This document shows, piece after piece, positions 12,023 through 23,821 of a stretch of 64,000 bases of DNA; position 1 is the stretch's first letter, and every line of letters begins with the position of its first letter. Made by a program: the position numbers and the translations under genes. The notes under the pieces were generated by a model. The model was given only the letters and a program-made list of their open reading frames with translations, was not told the DNA's origin and made no database searches. The DNA comes from Aeromicrobium sp. (GTDB lineage: Bacteria > Actinomycetota > Actinomycetes > Propionibacteriales > Nocardioidaceae). The stretch spans positions 5,488 to 69,487 of the forward strand of contig DATEDT010000114.1 of the NCBI GenBank assembly GCA_035281505.1, read 5' to 3'.

Positions 12023-13510
12023 TTAGGCGGCGGTCTTGGCCTTCTTGGCGGCCGACCGCCACGCGAAGTGCTCGGCGACGACCTTGCGGGTCTCCCACCA
12101 GTACTGGAAGGTGAACTTGGGCCAGATCGTGCGGTTCTTGCCCTGCGCGTCGAGATACCAGCTCGTGCATCCGCCCTGGGTCCAGATGCCCTTGGTCACC
12201 AGGCGCTGGATCTCCTCGTTCCACTCGTCCTGTGCCTGCTTCGTCACCTCGACGACGTCCGCGCCGCGCTTCTCCATCTCCTCGAGCATCGTGAGGATGT
12301 ACTTCGTCTGCTGCTCGATCATGAACACGACCGAGTTGTGGCCGAGCGCCGTGTTGGGGCCGAGCATCAAGAACAGGTTGGGCACGCCGTGAATGGTCAT
12401 GCCCAGGTAGGTCTCCACCCCGTGCTTGCGGAACTGCTCACCCACGTCCATGCCGTCGCGGCCCTTGATGTCGAGGAAGTCGAACGCATCGACCACGTGG
12501 AAGCCGGTGCCGTAGATGATCACGTCGGCCTCGTGCTTGTTGCCCGCGGCGTCGATGACACCGTCCGGGACGATCTCGCTGACGTGGTCGGTCACCAGGT
12601 CGACGTTGGCGCGGTTGAATGTCGGGTAGTACGTGTTCGACTGCAGGACGCGCTTACAGCCGAGGCGGTAGTCGGGCGTGAGCTTGCGGCGCAGCTCCGG
12701 ATCGTCGATGGCGCGAGCGATGTTCGCCTTCGCCAGCTTCTCGGCGTACGGGAGGACGTTCAGGTGCCCGTTGAACGCGATGGCACGCGCTTCCAGGCCC
12801 CAGTAGATGGCGTCCCGATAGGCGCGGGTCAGACCGGGCACCTTGTCGAAGAACTTCTGCCGAACCGGGTGGATCGCGTTGTCCTTCTTGCCCAGGACCC
12901 ACGGAGGTGTGCGCTGGAAGACGGTCAGGTGCTCGACTTCTTCGGCGATGATCGGGATGAACTGGATGGCGCTGGCGCCGGTGCCGATGACGGCGACCTT
13001 CTTTCCGGCGAGGTCGACCGTGTGGTCCCATTCAGCCGAGTGGAAGCGTGGCCCGGCGAAGGTTTCGGCACCGCCGATCGCCGGGATGTTGGGAATGTGC
13101 AGGCCGCCGACGCCGGAGAGCACGATGCGCGCCTCGTAGTCCTCGCCGGCGCTGGTGCGCACCGTCCACACCGAGCGGTCCTCGTCCCACGCGAGGCCGG
13201 TCACTTCGACGCCGAAGTGGATGTAGGGCCGGATGCCCTTTTCGTCGGCCACCTTCTGCATGTACGCCCAGATCTCGGGTTGAGCCGAGAAGTTGCGACT
13301 CCAGTCGGGGTTGAGCCGCCAGGAGAACGAGTACATGTGGCTGGGGATGTCGCATTCGCAGCCCGGGTAGGTGTTGTCGCGCCAGGTGCCTCCGACATCG
13401 TCGGCCTTCTCCAGGATGGCGAAGTCGGTCCGGCCGGACTCCAGCAGCTTGACCGCTGCACCCATGCCGGAAAAGCCGGTGCCGATGACGACGATGTCCT
13501 TGGTGATCAC
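12023..13510 (-). CDS. Flavin-dependent Baeyer-Villiger/EthA-type monooxygenase
   Basis: 495 aa, GTG start. FAD motif 'VVIGTGFSG', BVMO fingerprint 'FAGPRFHSAEWDH', NADP motif 'VAVIGTGASA'. Confidence 0.85.
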   Translation of the reverse strand: MITKDIVVIGTGFSGMGAAVKLLESGRTDFAILEKADDVGGTWRDNTYPGCECDIPSHMYSFSWRLNPDWSRNFSAQPEIWAYMQKVADEKGIRPYIHFGVEVTGLAWDEDRSVWTVRTSAGEDYEARIVLSGVGGLHIPNIPAIGGAETFAGPRFHSAEWDHTVDLAGKKVAVIGTGASAIQFIPIIAEEVEHLTVFQRTPPWVLGKKDNAIHPVRQKFFDKVPGLTRAYRDAIYWGLEARAIAFNGHLNVLPYAEKLAKANIARAIDDPELRRKLTPDYRLGCKRVLQSNTYYPTFNRANVDLVTDHVSEIVPDGVIDAAGNKHEADVIIYGTGFHVVDAFDFLDIKGRDGMDVGEQFRKHGVETYLGMTIHGVPNLFLMLGPNTALGHNSVVFMIEQQTKYILTMLEEMEKRGADVVEVTKQAQDEWNEEIQRLVTKGIWTQGGCTSWYLDAQGKNRTIWPKFTFQYWWETRKVVAEHFAWRSAAKKAKTAA

Positions 13511-13531
13511 GGTTTTGGATACTATCGGTAT
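13511..13531. promoter_or_regulatory. 21-bp divergent intergenic region with overlapping -10-like boxes
   Basis: The spacer is 'ggttttggatactatcggtat'. TACTAT (13520-13525) lies 6 nt before the TetR GTG. On the other strand, TAGTAT (13519-13524) lies 8 nt before the monooxygenase GTG. Confidence 0.35.
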
Positions 13532-14167
13532 GTGAAGACCGATGCCCCCTCGAATTCGGCGCTGCGTCCGTCGCGAGCCGAGCGTCAGGCGCAGACGCGC
13601 GAGAAGCTCATCGCGGTGGCCCGGGAACTGTTCATCGCCGATGGCTATGCCGCGACGTCATTGGACAAGGTTGCGGAAGCGGCCGGTTTCTCGAAGGGTG
13701 CGGTGTACTCGAACTTCTCCGGCAAGGAGGAGTTGTGCATGGAGGTCATCGACGCCATTCACGCCGACCTGCTGCTCGGGGTCGTCGAGGCCTTCACCAC
13801 CGAGACCGACTTCGACGGCCGGATCGAGGCGTTCACCCGGTGGGCGCGTACCCAGTTGGGCAACCCGCTCGAGACGGCTCTCGAGGCGGAGTTCTCCGCG
13901 GCCGCCCGGCAGAGCACCTATGTCGCCGAGCAGTTGCGCAACCGTCATCGTGCGATCACCGCCGAAATCGCCCGCCTGCTTCGCACCGTGGTCGAGGAGG
14001 CCGGTTACGACGTCGCCTTCGACCCCGACAAAGCAGCGGTGGCGTTGTTGAGCCTGGGGATCGGCATGGGCGCGATGCGCTCGCTGGATGCACGACTCGA
14101 CGTGGACATCGCCGGTGAGACGATGCGGACGCTCCTGCGCGGGGTCAGTACCCGCCGTTCTGCTTGA
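13532..14167 (+). CDS. TetR family transcriptional regulator
   Basis: 211 aa from GTG 13532, in frame with the artefactual 11075..14167 ORF. HTH '[47 protein letters not shown]'. Confidence 0.85.
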   Translation: MKTDAPSNSALRPSRAERQAQTREKLIAVARELFIADGYAATSLDKVAEAAGFSKGAVYSNFSGKEELCMEVIDAIHADLLLGVVEAFTTETDFDGRIEAFTRWARTQLGNPLETALEAEFSAAARQSTYVAEQLRNRHRAITAEIARLLRTVVEEAGYDVAFDPDKAAVALLSLGIGMGAMRSLDARLDVDIAGETMRTLLRGVSTRRSA

Positions 14168-14645
14168 ACCGCTCGTAGCTCGCGTTGATCTCCTGCACGG
14201 CCTCGACGCGGCCGACCCAGTTCGCGCCCTCGACGGACTTGCCGGGCTCGAGGTCCTTGTAGACGGTGAAGAAGTGCTCGATCTCGAGCCGATCGAACTC
14301 CGGCACGTGATGGATGTCGCGCAGGTGTTCCTGCCGGGGATCGGTGGCCGGCACGCACAGCACCTTGTCGTCGCCACCGGCCTCGTCGGTCATGCGGAAC
14401 ATGCCGATGGCGCGGCAGCGGATGAGGCAGCCCGGAAACGTCGGAGCGGACAAGAGGACCAGCGCATCGAGCGGGTCGCCGTCCAGGCCGAGCGTGTTGT
14501 CGATGAAGCCGTAGTCAGCCGGGTACTGGGTGGCCGTGAACAGCGTCCGGTCCAAGCGGATGCGGTGCGTCTCGTGGTCGACTTCGTACTTGTTCCGTTC
14601 GCCCTTGGGGATCTCCACGGTGACGTCGAAGATGAGGTCGGCCAC
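14145..14645 (-). CDS. ppa: Inorganic pyrophosphatase
   Basis: Motifs '[28 protein letters not shown]' and '[24 protein letters not shown]'. GTG 14645, preceded by GGAGG, gives 166 aa. ATG 14690 is the alternative start. Confidence 0.92.
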   Translation of the reverse strand: MADLIFDVTVEIPKGERNKYEVDHETHRIRLDRTLFTATQYPADYGFIDNTLGLDGDPLDALVLLSAPTFPGCLIRCRAIGMFRMTDEAGGDDKVLCVPATDPRQEHLRDIHHVPEFDRLEIEHFFTVYKDLEPGKSVEGANWVGRVEAVQEINASYERFKQNGGY

Positions 14646-14707
14646 GATGCCTCCGGAGTCGGTGCCGGTCTCGCGTCCCCCGGCTGCCATCAGGTACGCC
14701 CTCTAGT

Positions 14708-16129
14708 GTGGCGCATGTGACGGATCGTCAGGCAGGCAGGTTCGGCACGGTCGCGATGCTCGTGACCACGCTCACAGCGTTTGCGGTCATCACCGTCACG
14801 CTCTGGCTTGGCGGTGTATTCAACAGCTTGATCTGCGGTGGCGACTGTGGCTCCGCCGCAGTTCGGACACCCGACGAGCTGAACCTCGTCCCCACCGAGC
14901 TCGCGGTGGAGCCGGCGGCCGCGTCGACGCGGCGGCTCAACGCGGCGGCCATCCGGTCGGCCGTGGAGGACCCGCTCGACGATGAGGAGAGTCTCGGACC
15001 GCGGGCGGCGTTCGTCGCCGTCGATGCCCAGACCGGCTCCGCGGTGGCTGCGGTGGGCTCGGGCACGTTCGTACCTGCCTCCACCACTAAGGTCCTGACA
15101 GCTTTCACGGTGTTGTCGAAAGTCGATCCGGAGCAGCGTTTCACCACGTCGGTCGTGCGCACGGGCAACCGGCTGGTGCTCGTCGGCGGGGGCGACCCGT
15201 ACCTCAGGTCGGAGCCGCCTGAGCGGAAGATGTTCGGCGTCGAGGCCGACGTGGAGACGCTTGCGGCGCGGACGGCGGCAGCGCTCCGCACGGCCGGCAT
15301 CTCCAGCGTGCAGCTGGACTACAACACGTCCCGGTTCAGCGGCCCGTCCTTCAACCCCGCCTGGGAGGCGTCGTACCGCGCGGAGAAGATCGTCACGCCG
15401 ATCAGCGCACTGTGGGTCGACCGCGGTATCGACGACGGGGTGCGGACGGCCGACCCGGCCGGCGCCGCGGCCGAGACGTTTGCGGACGCTCTGGAGGACC
15501 TCGGCGTCGACGTGGCCGACGATCACAGCGCGGTCGCGGTCCCGGCGGGCGCGGCCCCGGTCGCGAGCGTCCGGAGCGCGACGGCTGCTCGTATCACCGA
15601 GGAGATGCTGGCATCGAGCGACAACGAAGCCGCCGAGGTGCTCCTTCGACAAGCCGCTCTCGCCGACGGGCGACCGGGATCGTTCGCCGAGGGTGTCGCC
15701 ACCGTCCGTCGGGTGCTTCAGGCCAACGGCATCGACACGGACGGGCTGACGTTGTCCGACGGCAGCGGGCTGTCGCGACGCAACCGCATCGCCCCCCTCA
15801 CCCTGGCGCAAACCCTCGCCGCGGCGGCCGCGACGCCACGGACGGCCCGATTGATCGCCGACCTGCCGGTCGCGAACTTCTCCGGCACCTTGGACAAGCG
15901 GTTCGGAGCCGATGACGACGGGCGGGGCGTGGTCCGCGCCAAGACCGGCACCCTCACCGGCGTTCATTCGCTGGCGGGCATCGTCACCGACCGCGTGGGA
16001 ACGCCTATTGCCTTCGCCGTCATGATCGATCAGGCCAAGGACATCCCTGCGCTGGACGCGGAGGAGGCGCTCGACGACGTGGCTACAGCGTTGGCCCGGT
16101 GCACGTGCTCGGCTGCGCCAGCGCCCTAG
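14708..16129 (+). CDS. dacB: D-Ala-D-Ala carboxypeptidase/endopeptidase (PBP4, peptidase S13)
   Basis: 473 aa with an N-terminal TM segment. 'ASTTKVLT' (SxxK), 'SDNEAAE' (SxN), 'KTGTLTGV' (KTG). Confidence 0.85.
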   Translation: MAHVTDRQAGRFGTVAMLVTTLTAFAVITVTLWLGGVFNSLICGGDCGSAAVRTPDELNLVPTELAVEPAAASTRRLNAAAIRSAVEDPLDDEESLGPRAAFVAVDAQTGSAVAAVGSGTFVPASTTKVLTAFTVLSKVDPEQRFTTSVVRTGNRLVLVGGGDPYLRSEPPERKMFGVEADVETLAARTAAALRTAGISSVQLDYNTSRFSGPSFNPAWEASYRAEKIVTPISALWVDRGIDDGVRTADPAGAAAETFADALEDLGVDVADDHSAVAVPAGAAPVASVRSATAARITEEMLASSDNEAAEVLLRQAALADGRPGSFAEGVATVRRVLQANGIDTDGLTLSDGSGLSRRNRIAPLTLAQTLAAAAATPRTARLIADLPVANFSGTLDKRFGADDDGRGVVRAKTGTLTGVHSLAGIVTDRVGTPIAFAVMIDQAKDIPALDAEEALDDVATALARCTCSAAPAP

Positions 16130-16186
16130 CTCCTGGGGAGCGGGAGGGAGGCCGGAGGCCGACCGAAGGGCACGTACCGTGGGGCC

Positions 16187-17224
16187 ATGATCGATTGGGA
16201 GTTCGCGCTCAAGACCGCCGAGCGATTGGTGCCTCCCGGTCCCAGTCTGTCCACCGCCGAGGTGGACGACGTGATGGGCGATCTGCGCGCTGCCGCGGGC
16301 GCGGCTGAACAGCCGGTTCGCACCTTCACCGGGCTGTCCCCGAGACCGGCCGAGGAGACACCTGTTCTCGTCATCGATCGGGCTCGCTGGGTGGAGGCGA
16401 ACCTGGCGTCGTCGCGGGTGCTGCTGGAACCGGTGCTCACGAAGCTGCAGAAGTCCCACAAGGCCCCGACCGGCTTCGCCAAGTCGTTCGGCGAGTCGAT
16501 CAACGGGGTGGAGATCGGCGCACTGCTGTCGTTCATGTCGACGAAGGTTCTCGGCCAGTTCGACCCCTTCGGCTCCGACCCGGGACGACTGCTCCTGGTG
16601 GCGCCCAACATCGTCCACGCCGAACGGCAGCTCGGTGTGGACCCGCATGACTTCCGGCGGTGGGTGTGCCTGCACGAGGAGACGCACCGAGTCCAGTTCA
16701 CGGCGGTGCCGTGGCTCGGCGACCACCTGCGCGGACTCATCGCGGAGTTCACCGACGCGACGGAACTCGACCCGGCCGCCCTCGGCAAGCTGCTGACCAG
16801 CGGGATCGGCGAGCTCATCCGGATCCTCCGCGGGGCGTCCGACGCCAGCCTCATGGACCTCCTCCAGAACGACGCCCAACGTGCTGTCGTCGACAAGCTG
16901 ACCGGCGTCATGTCGTTGTTGGAGGGCCATGCCGACGTCGTGATGGACGGTGTCGGGCCGGAGGTCGTCCCGACGGTGGCGGAGATCCGGCGCGCGTTCG
17001 AACGCCGTCGGTCCGGTGCCGGGGGAGTCGACCGCGTCATCCGTCGCCTGCTCGGCCTGGAGGCCAAGATGCGGCAGTACCGCGACGGCGCGGTGTTCGT
17101 GCGGGCGGTGACCGATCAGGCCGGCCACGACGGATTCAACGCTGTCTGGGCCGCCCCGGAGAACCTGCCGTCCAGGTCGGAGATCCTGTCGCCGTCCAGC
17201 TGGGTGCGTCGCATCCATGGCTGA
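16187..17224 (+). CDS. Zinc metalloprotease-like protein (DUF2342-type)
   Basis: 345 aa with HExxH in 'CLHEETHRVQF'. It sits in the conserved position between dacB and tilS. Confidence 0.7.
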   Translation: MIDWEFALKTAERLVPPGPSLSTAEVDDVMGDLRAAAGAAEQPVRTFTGLSPRPAEETPVLVIDRARWVEANLASSRVLLEPVLTKLQKSHKAPTGFAKSFGESINGVEIGALLSFMSTKVLGQFDPFGSDPGRLLLVAPNIVHAERQLGVDPHDFRRWVCLHEETHRVQFTAVPWLGDHLRGLIAEFTDATELDPAALGKLLTSGIGELIRILRGASDASLMDLLQNDAQRAVVDKLTGVMSLLEGHADVVMDGVGPEVVPTVAEIRRAFERRRSGAGGVDRVIRRLLGLEAKMRQYRDGAVFVRAVTDQAGHDGFNAVWAAPENLPSRSEILSPSSWVRRIHG

Positions 17225-18236
17225 CGACCGGGAGGCTGGGGGTACCTCCCGCTTGCGGGGGACTCCCGCGCGCGGGGGACTCGACCCGGTGACGGCCAAG
17301 GCCAGGCGAGCCGTCGCCGCCGCGCTCGACGATCTCGATCCCGGCGACCGCGTGACGGTCGCGCTCAGCGGCGGCGCTGATTCCCTCGCGCTCGCCGCGT
17401 GCCTGTCCTTTCTCGGGCCGAAGGCCGGTTGGGACTGCCATGCGCTCGTCATCGACCACGGGCTGCAGGACGATTCGGCGTCCGTCGCCGCCGGGGCGGC
17501 TGCGCAGGCTCGCGCTCTGGGCCTGGCCGCCGACATCGTTCAGGTGGTCGTCACCGGGGCGGGCGGGCTGGAGGCAGCCGCGCGGACGGCGCGTTACGAA
17601 GCGCTGCTCGAGGCGGCGGCCCCGGACCAGTCATCGGTGATCCTGCTCGGGCACACGCTCGACGATCAGGCCGAGACGGTCCTCCTGGGCCTTGGGCGCG
17701 GCTCTGGTCCGCGGTCGATCGCCGGCATGCCGCCCACCGCCGGGCCGTTCCGTCGCCCCTTCCTCGGGCTGCGTCGAGCCGAGACCGAGCGCATCTGCGC
17801 GGCGGCCGGTTTGGAGTACTGGTCCGACCCGCACAACGATGACCCCCGGTTCCGGCGCTCCCGACTGCGGCACGAAGTGATGCCGCTGCTCGAGGACGTA
17901 CTTGGCGGCGGCGTGGCCGAGGCGTTGGCGCGGACAGCCGGCCAGCTCCGCGACGACGTCGAGTTTCTCGACGCGTTGGCCGTGACGGCGTCCCAGGCAG
18001 ATCTGCGGGTCGCCGACCTGGCCGCGTTGGCGCCGGCGCTGAGGTCGCGCGTGCTTCGGCTGGCTGCGCTCGATGCCGGAGTCGCCGGTTCGGACCTCAC
18101 CGCCGGACATCTGGACGAACTCGACCGACTCGTGACCGACTGGCGTGGCCAGGTCCGCGTTGAGCTCCCCGGGCGGATCAGCGTCGTGCGGGATCGGGAA
18201 GCGCTGAGGTTCGTGCCGACCCCTGCCCTAGGCTGA
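17217..18236 (+). CDS. tilS: tRNA(Ile)-lysidine synthase
   Basis: PP-loop 'VALSGGADSLAL' and 'LLGHTLDDQAETVLL'. 8-nt overlap with the upstream gene. The start codon is uncertain. Confidence 0.85.
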   Translation: MADDREAGGTSRLRGTPARGGLDPVTAKARRAVAAALDDLDPGDRVTVALSGGADSLALAACLSFLGPKAGWDCHALVIDHGLQDDSASVAAGAAAQARALGLAADIVQVVVTGAGGLEAAARTARYEALLEAAAPDQSSVILLGHTLDDQAETVLLGLGRGSGPRSIAGMPPTAGPFRRPFLGLRRAETERICAAAGLEYWSDPHNDDPRFRRSRLRHEVMPLLEDVLGGGVAEALARTAGQLRDDVEFLDALAVTASQADLRVADLAALAPALRSRVLRLAALDAGVAGSDLTAGHLDELDRLVTDWRGQVRVELPGRISVVRDREALRFVPTPALG

Positions 18237-18286
18237 CCACTGTGTTCCTCACTTCGTTCGTCAACGGGTCTTCGGCCACTCGGCCT

Positions 18287-18304
18287 CGAGCCGCTAGCGG
18301 CTCG
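18287..18304. repeat. Perfect 18-bp palindrome between tilS and hpt
   Basis: 'cgagccgctagcggctcg' is its own reverse complement, read directly from the sequence. Confidence 0.8.
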
Positions 18305-18325
18305 GGCGCTCGGTAGCCTCGACCC

Positions 18326-18886
18326 GTGGACCTCCAGCGCGTCGAGAACGACGTCGACCTCGAACAACTCCTGATCACCGAGGACGAGATCGCCACCTGC
18401 CTGCGATCGATGGCCAAACAGATCGAGGCCGACTACTCCGGCAAGGACGACCTGCTCCTCGTTGGCGTCCTCAAGGGCGCGGTCATGGTGATGGCTGACC
18501 TCGCCCGGGCGCTGGACCGACACGTCGAAATGGACTGGATGGCCATCTCGTCCTACGGCTCGGGCACTAAATCGTCGGGCGTGGTCCGGATCCTCAAAGA
18601 CCTCGACACCGACATCGCCGGACGCGACGTCCTCATCGTCGAAGACGTGGTCGACACCGGTCTCACCCTGTCCTGGCTGGTCGCCAACCTGCAGTCCCGC
18701 GGGCCGGCGTCCGTGCGCATCGCCGCGCTGCTGCGCAAGCCCGATGCGATGCAGATGGAGATCGACGTCGACTACGTCGGGTTCGACATCCCGAATTCGT
18801 TCGTCGTCGGATACGGGCTCGACTACTCCGAGCGCTACCGCAACCTGCGTTGCATCGCCACACTCGCCAGCGAGGAACGCGAGTAG
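18326..18886 (+). CDS. hpt: Hypoxanthine phosphoribosyltransferase
   Basis: 186 aa. 'LLLVGVLKGAVMVMADL', PRPP motif 'VLIVEDVVDTGLTL', and 'GYGLDYSERYRNL'. Confidence 0.92.
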   Translation: MDLQRVENDVDLEQLLITEDEIATCLRSMAKQIEADYSGKDDLLLVGVLKGAVMVMADLARALDRHVEMDWMAISSYGSGTKSSGVVRILKDLDTDIAGRDVLIVEDVVDTGLTLSWLVANLQSRGPASVRIAALLRKPDAMQMEIDVDYVGFDIPNSFVVGYGLDYSERYRNLRCIATLASEERE

Positions 18887-18959
18887 CCACCGGCTGGCAC
18901 GGAACCTCTCCGGCCGCTGCGGCGTTCTCATAGACGCCTATTGGATAGCGTGATGCTTG

Positions 18960-20932
<1,973 letters not shown>

Positions 20933-20936
<4 letters not shown>

Positions 20937-21496
20937 GCGTCGACCTGCCGCGGGCCGAGGCCGCGATCCGCGAGCTGCTGTTCGCCATCGGCGAAGACCC
21001 GGATCGCGACGGGCTGAAGGAGACCCCGCGTCGGGTGGCGAAGTCCTACGCCGAGCTGTTGGGTGGGTTGGACCAAGACCCGGCCGAAGTGCTGTCGGCC
21101 GTCTTCGACGTCGGCCACGACGAGCTCGTCCTGGTCAAGGACATCGAGATGTGGTCGCTCTGCGAGCACCATCTCGTCCCGTTCGGCGGCGTGGCGCACA
21201 TCGGCTACATCCCCGAAGAGGGGGGCCGGGTGACCGGGCTGTCCAAGCTCGCGCGTCTCGTCGACGTCTTCGCCCGCCGTCCTCAGGTGCAGGAGCGCAT
21301 GACCACGCAGATCGCCGATGCGCTGGAGGAAGTCCTGAAACCTCGCGGCGTGATCGTCGTCATCGAGGCCGAGCACCTCTGCATGTCGATGCGCGGCGTT
21401 CGCAAGGTCGGAGCGAAGACGATCACCAGTGCGGTCCGTGGCCAGCTCCTCGACCCGGCGACCCGGGCCGAGGCCATGGGGCTCATCACGGGGTGA
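20933..21496 (+). CDS. folE: GTP cyclohydrolase I
   Basis: 187 aa with '[18 protein letters not shown]' and 'RPQVQERMT'. ATGA overlap with the ftsH stop. Confidence 0.95.
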
Positions 21497-21502
21497 CCCC
21501 CG

Positions 21503-22360
21503 ATGTCATGCGCTGACCTGCTGCGGCCCATCGGTCGGACCCGGGTGATGGGCGTCATCAACGTGACCCCTGATTCCTTCTCCGACGGCGGCCGATGGCT
21601 GGACCCGGAGACGGCGGTCGACCACGGCCTGAGGCTGGTCGCCGAAGGCGCCGATCTGGTCGATGTCGGCGGCGAGTCGACCCGGCCCGGTGCCATCCGG
21701 ATCGACGCGGCCGAAGAGCTGCGTCGCGTCATCCCCGTTGTGCGGGGACTCGCGGCCGCGAACGTCACCGTCTCGGTCGACACGATGCGCGCCGAGGTCG
21801 CCGAGCAGGCGCTGGCCGCCGGAGCGGCGCTGATCAACGACGTTTCGGGCGGTCGCGCCGATCCGCGGATGGTCGCCGTCGCGGTCGAAGCGTCGGCTCC
21901 GATCGTGCTCATGCACTGGCGGGGCCATTCGGACGGCATGCAGAAGCTCACCAGCTATGACGACGTCGTGCGCGACGTCTCACGCGAGCTGTCCACCCAG
22001 GTCGACGTGGCGCTGGCAGCGGGCGTTCCGGAGTCGCGCATCGTGATCGATCCCGGCCTCGGGTTCTCCAAGACGGCTGACCAGAACTGGGTGATCCTCG
22101 CCCACCTGGACGCCTTCACGGCACTCGGCTTCCCGCTGCTCGTGGCGGCCAGTCGGAAGCGGTTCCTCGGTGAGCTGCTCGCCACGCCGGCCGGCGAACT
22201 GCGGCCCACCGACGAACGGGAGGCCGCTACGGTTGCGGTTTCGACCCTGGCTGCCGCCGCCGGAGCCTGGGCAGTCCGCGTCCACGAGTCGAGGGCCAGC
22301 GCGGACGCTGTGCGGGTCGTGGCCCGGACAGCGTCATCGAGGAAGGGGGAGGACGCATGA
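21503..22360 (+). CDS. folP: Dihydropteroate synthase
   Basis: Motifs 'VMGVINVTPDSFSDGG', 'GADLVDVGGESTRPG', 'INDVSGG' and 'DPGLGFSKT'. Confidence 0.93.
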   Translation: MSCADLLRPIGRTRVMGVINVTPDSFSDGGRWLDPETAVDHGLRLVAEGADLVDVGGESTRPGAIRIDAAEELRRVIPVVRGLAAANVTVSVDTMRAEVAEQALAAGAALINDVSGGRADPRMVAVAVEASAPIVLMHWRGHSDGMQKLTSYDDVVRDVSRELSTQVDVALAAGVPESRIVIDPGLGFSKTADQNWVILAHLDAFTALGFPLLVAASRKRFLGELLATPAGELRPTDEREAATVAVSTLAAAAGAWAVRVHESRASADAVRVVARTASSRKGEDA

Positions 22361-22731
22361 GTTGCCCTGACGGACTGGACCGCATCGACCTCACCGGGAT
22401 CGGTGGCTGGGGGTATCACGGCGTTCATGACGACGAGCGCGAGAACGGCCAGCGGTTCGTCGTCGACGTCAGTCTGGGCCTCAACCTGGGCGCCGCGGCG
22501 ACCACCGACGACCTTGGCCTCACCGTCGACTACGGTGACCTCGCGGAGGGAGTCCACCAGGCCATTGCGGCTGAGCCACTGCAACTCATTGAGTCGGTTG
22601 CCCAGCGTGTGATGGACTTGTGCCTGAAGTACCACCCGGTGCTTTGGGCCAGTGTCACGGTGCACAAACCGATGGCGCCGATCTCGGTTCCGTTTACCGA
22701 TGTCAGCGTCACCATTGAGCGGAGGAAGTAA
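22357..22731 (+). CDS. folB: Dihydroneopterin aldolase
   Basis: 124 aa with 'GYHGVHDDERENGQRFVVDV'. ATGA overlap with folP. Confidence 0.88.
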   Translation: MSCPDGLDRIDLTGIGGWGYHGVHDDERENGQRFVVDVSLGLNLGAAATTDDLGLTVDYGDLAEGVHQAIAAEPLQLIESVAQRVMDLCLKYHPVLWASVTVHKPMAPISVPFTDVSVTIERRK

Positions 22732-23295
22732 GTGACCGAATCCCCGACGCCGTACGTGCTCGACGCGGACACGATGACCGGTGGAATGCGCCCGATCCGG
22801 CAGGCGGTCATCGCGCTGGGATCCAATCTCGGGGAGCGGCTGCAGCGAATCCAGGGTGGTGTCGCGGCGATCGAGGACACCCCGGAGGTCAAGATCGTCG
22901 CCATCTCCTCGGTCTACGAGACCGATCCAGTCGACAGCACACCCGACTCCGGCCCCTACCTGAATGCCGTGGTCCTGATCGACACGACGTTGACCGTCCA
23001 TCAGTTGCTCGACCGGGCCCTGGCCATCGAGGACGCCTTCGGCCGCGACCGGTCGGTCAAGAACGCGCCGCGCACGCTCGACGTCGACCTGATCGTGGTC
23101 GGCCAGCGGGTGGCCGATGACGAGCAGCTCACCCTTCCGCACCCGCGCGCCCACCAGCGGGCCTTCGTGCTCGTGCCGTGGGTGGAGATCGATCCCGAGG
23201 GCGAGATCCCGGGCTTGGGCTTCGCCGCGGATCTCCTCAGCGAGCTGGACACCTCCGGGGTGCGGAAGCGCGAGGACCTCGAGATCATCCTGTGA
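22732..23295 (+). CDS. folK: 2-amino-4-hydroxy-6-hydroxymethyldihydropteridine diphosphokinase
   Basis: GTG start directly after the folB TAA stop. Motifs 'AVIALGSNLG', 'RTLDVDLI' and 'LPHPRAHQRAFVLVPW'. Confidence 0.9.
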   Translation: MTESPTPYVLDADTMTGGMRPIRQAVIALGSNLGERLQRIQGGVAAIEDTPEVKIVAISSVYETDPVDSTPDSGPYLNAVVLIDTTLTVHQLLDRALAIEDAFGRDRSVKNAPRTLDVDLIVVGQRVADDEQLTLPHPRAHQRAFVLVPWVEIDPEGEIPGLGFAADLLSELDTSGVRKREDLEIIL

Positions 23296-23311
23296 GGTCA
23301 GGTCAGCCTCG

Positions 23312-23794
23312 ATGAAGCGTGCGACGCCCCTGCTCGTCGTCGCCGTGGTCGGCGCCGGCATCATCATCGGCACGTTGGTGCGTCCGCTGGCAGCGCGGAT
23401 GGACGCCACGCCACCGCAGATCGGCTGGGGCCCGGCCACCATGCTCTTCACGTTCGCGCTGCTGATCGCCGCGATGGCGTGGAACACCTGGCAGAGCCTG
23501 CACAAGAAGCATGAGCGCATGACCTCGGACCACGGCGTCAAGATGCTGGCCCTGTCCCGCTCCAGTCTGATCGTCGGTGGGTTGTTCGGCGGCGGCTACG
23601 GCGGTTACGCGTTGTCGTTCGTGCCCGACCTCGACACGCCGCTCGGTGCGGCCCGGGTGTGGCACGCCGGCGGTGCCGCGGTGGCCGGGTTGTTGCTCAT
23701 CGTGGCGGCACTCCTCCTGGAGCGTGCCTGCCACATCCCGGGTGGGGACGACGAGGACCCGGAACCCAACGGGGCGGCCGCGTCGGCGGCGTAG
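23312..23794 (+). CDS. DUF3180-like small membrane protein
   Basis: 160 aa from ATG 23312 (ORF open from 23117), with 4 hydrophobic helices. It occupies the conserved slot after folK, Rv3605c-like by my recollection. Confidence 0.55.
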   Translation: MKRATPLLVVAVVGAGIIIGTLVRPLAARMDATPPQIGWGPATMLFTFALLIAAMAWNTWQSLHKKHERMTSDHGVKMLALSRSSLIVGGLFGGGYGGYALSFVPDLDTPLGAARVWHAGGAAVAGLLLIVAALLLERACHIPGGDDEDPEPNGAAASAA

Positions 23795-23821
23795 ATCGAA
23801 GTATCGGCGGTGTTTCGTGCG

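Noticed and set aside
11075-14167. 1030-aa ORF on the + strand
   Set aside because: Its first ~820 codons are antisense to the well-supported qor-like and monooxygenase genes and have the Arg/Gly/Asp/Val-rich composition of a GC-driven stop-free shadow frame. Only the last 211 codons, from GTG 13532, look like a real protein (TetR).
14690-17536. 948-aa ORF on the - strand
   Set aside because: It is antisense to dacB, the Zn-protease-like gene and tilS, all of which carry clear catalytic motifs. Its composition is Arg/Pro/Gly/Ala-dominated with no recognisable motifs, a typical high-GC antisense artefact.
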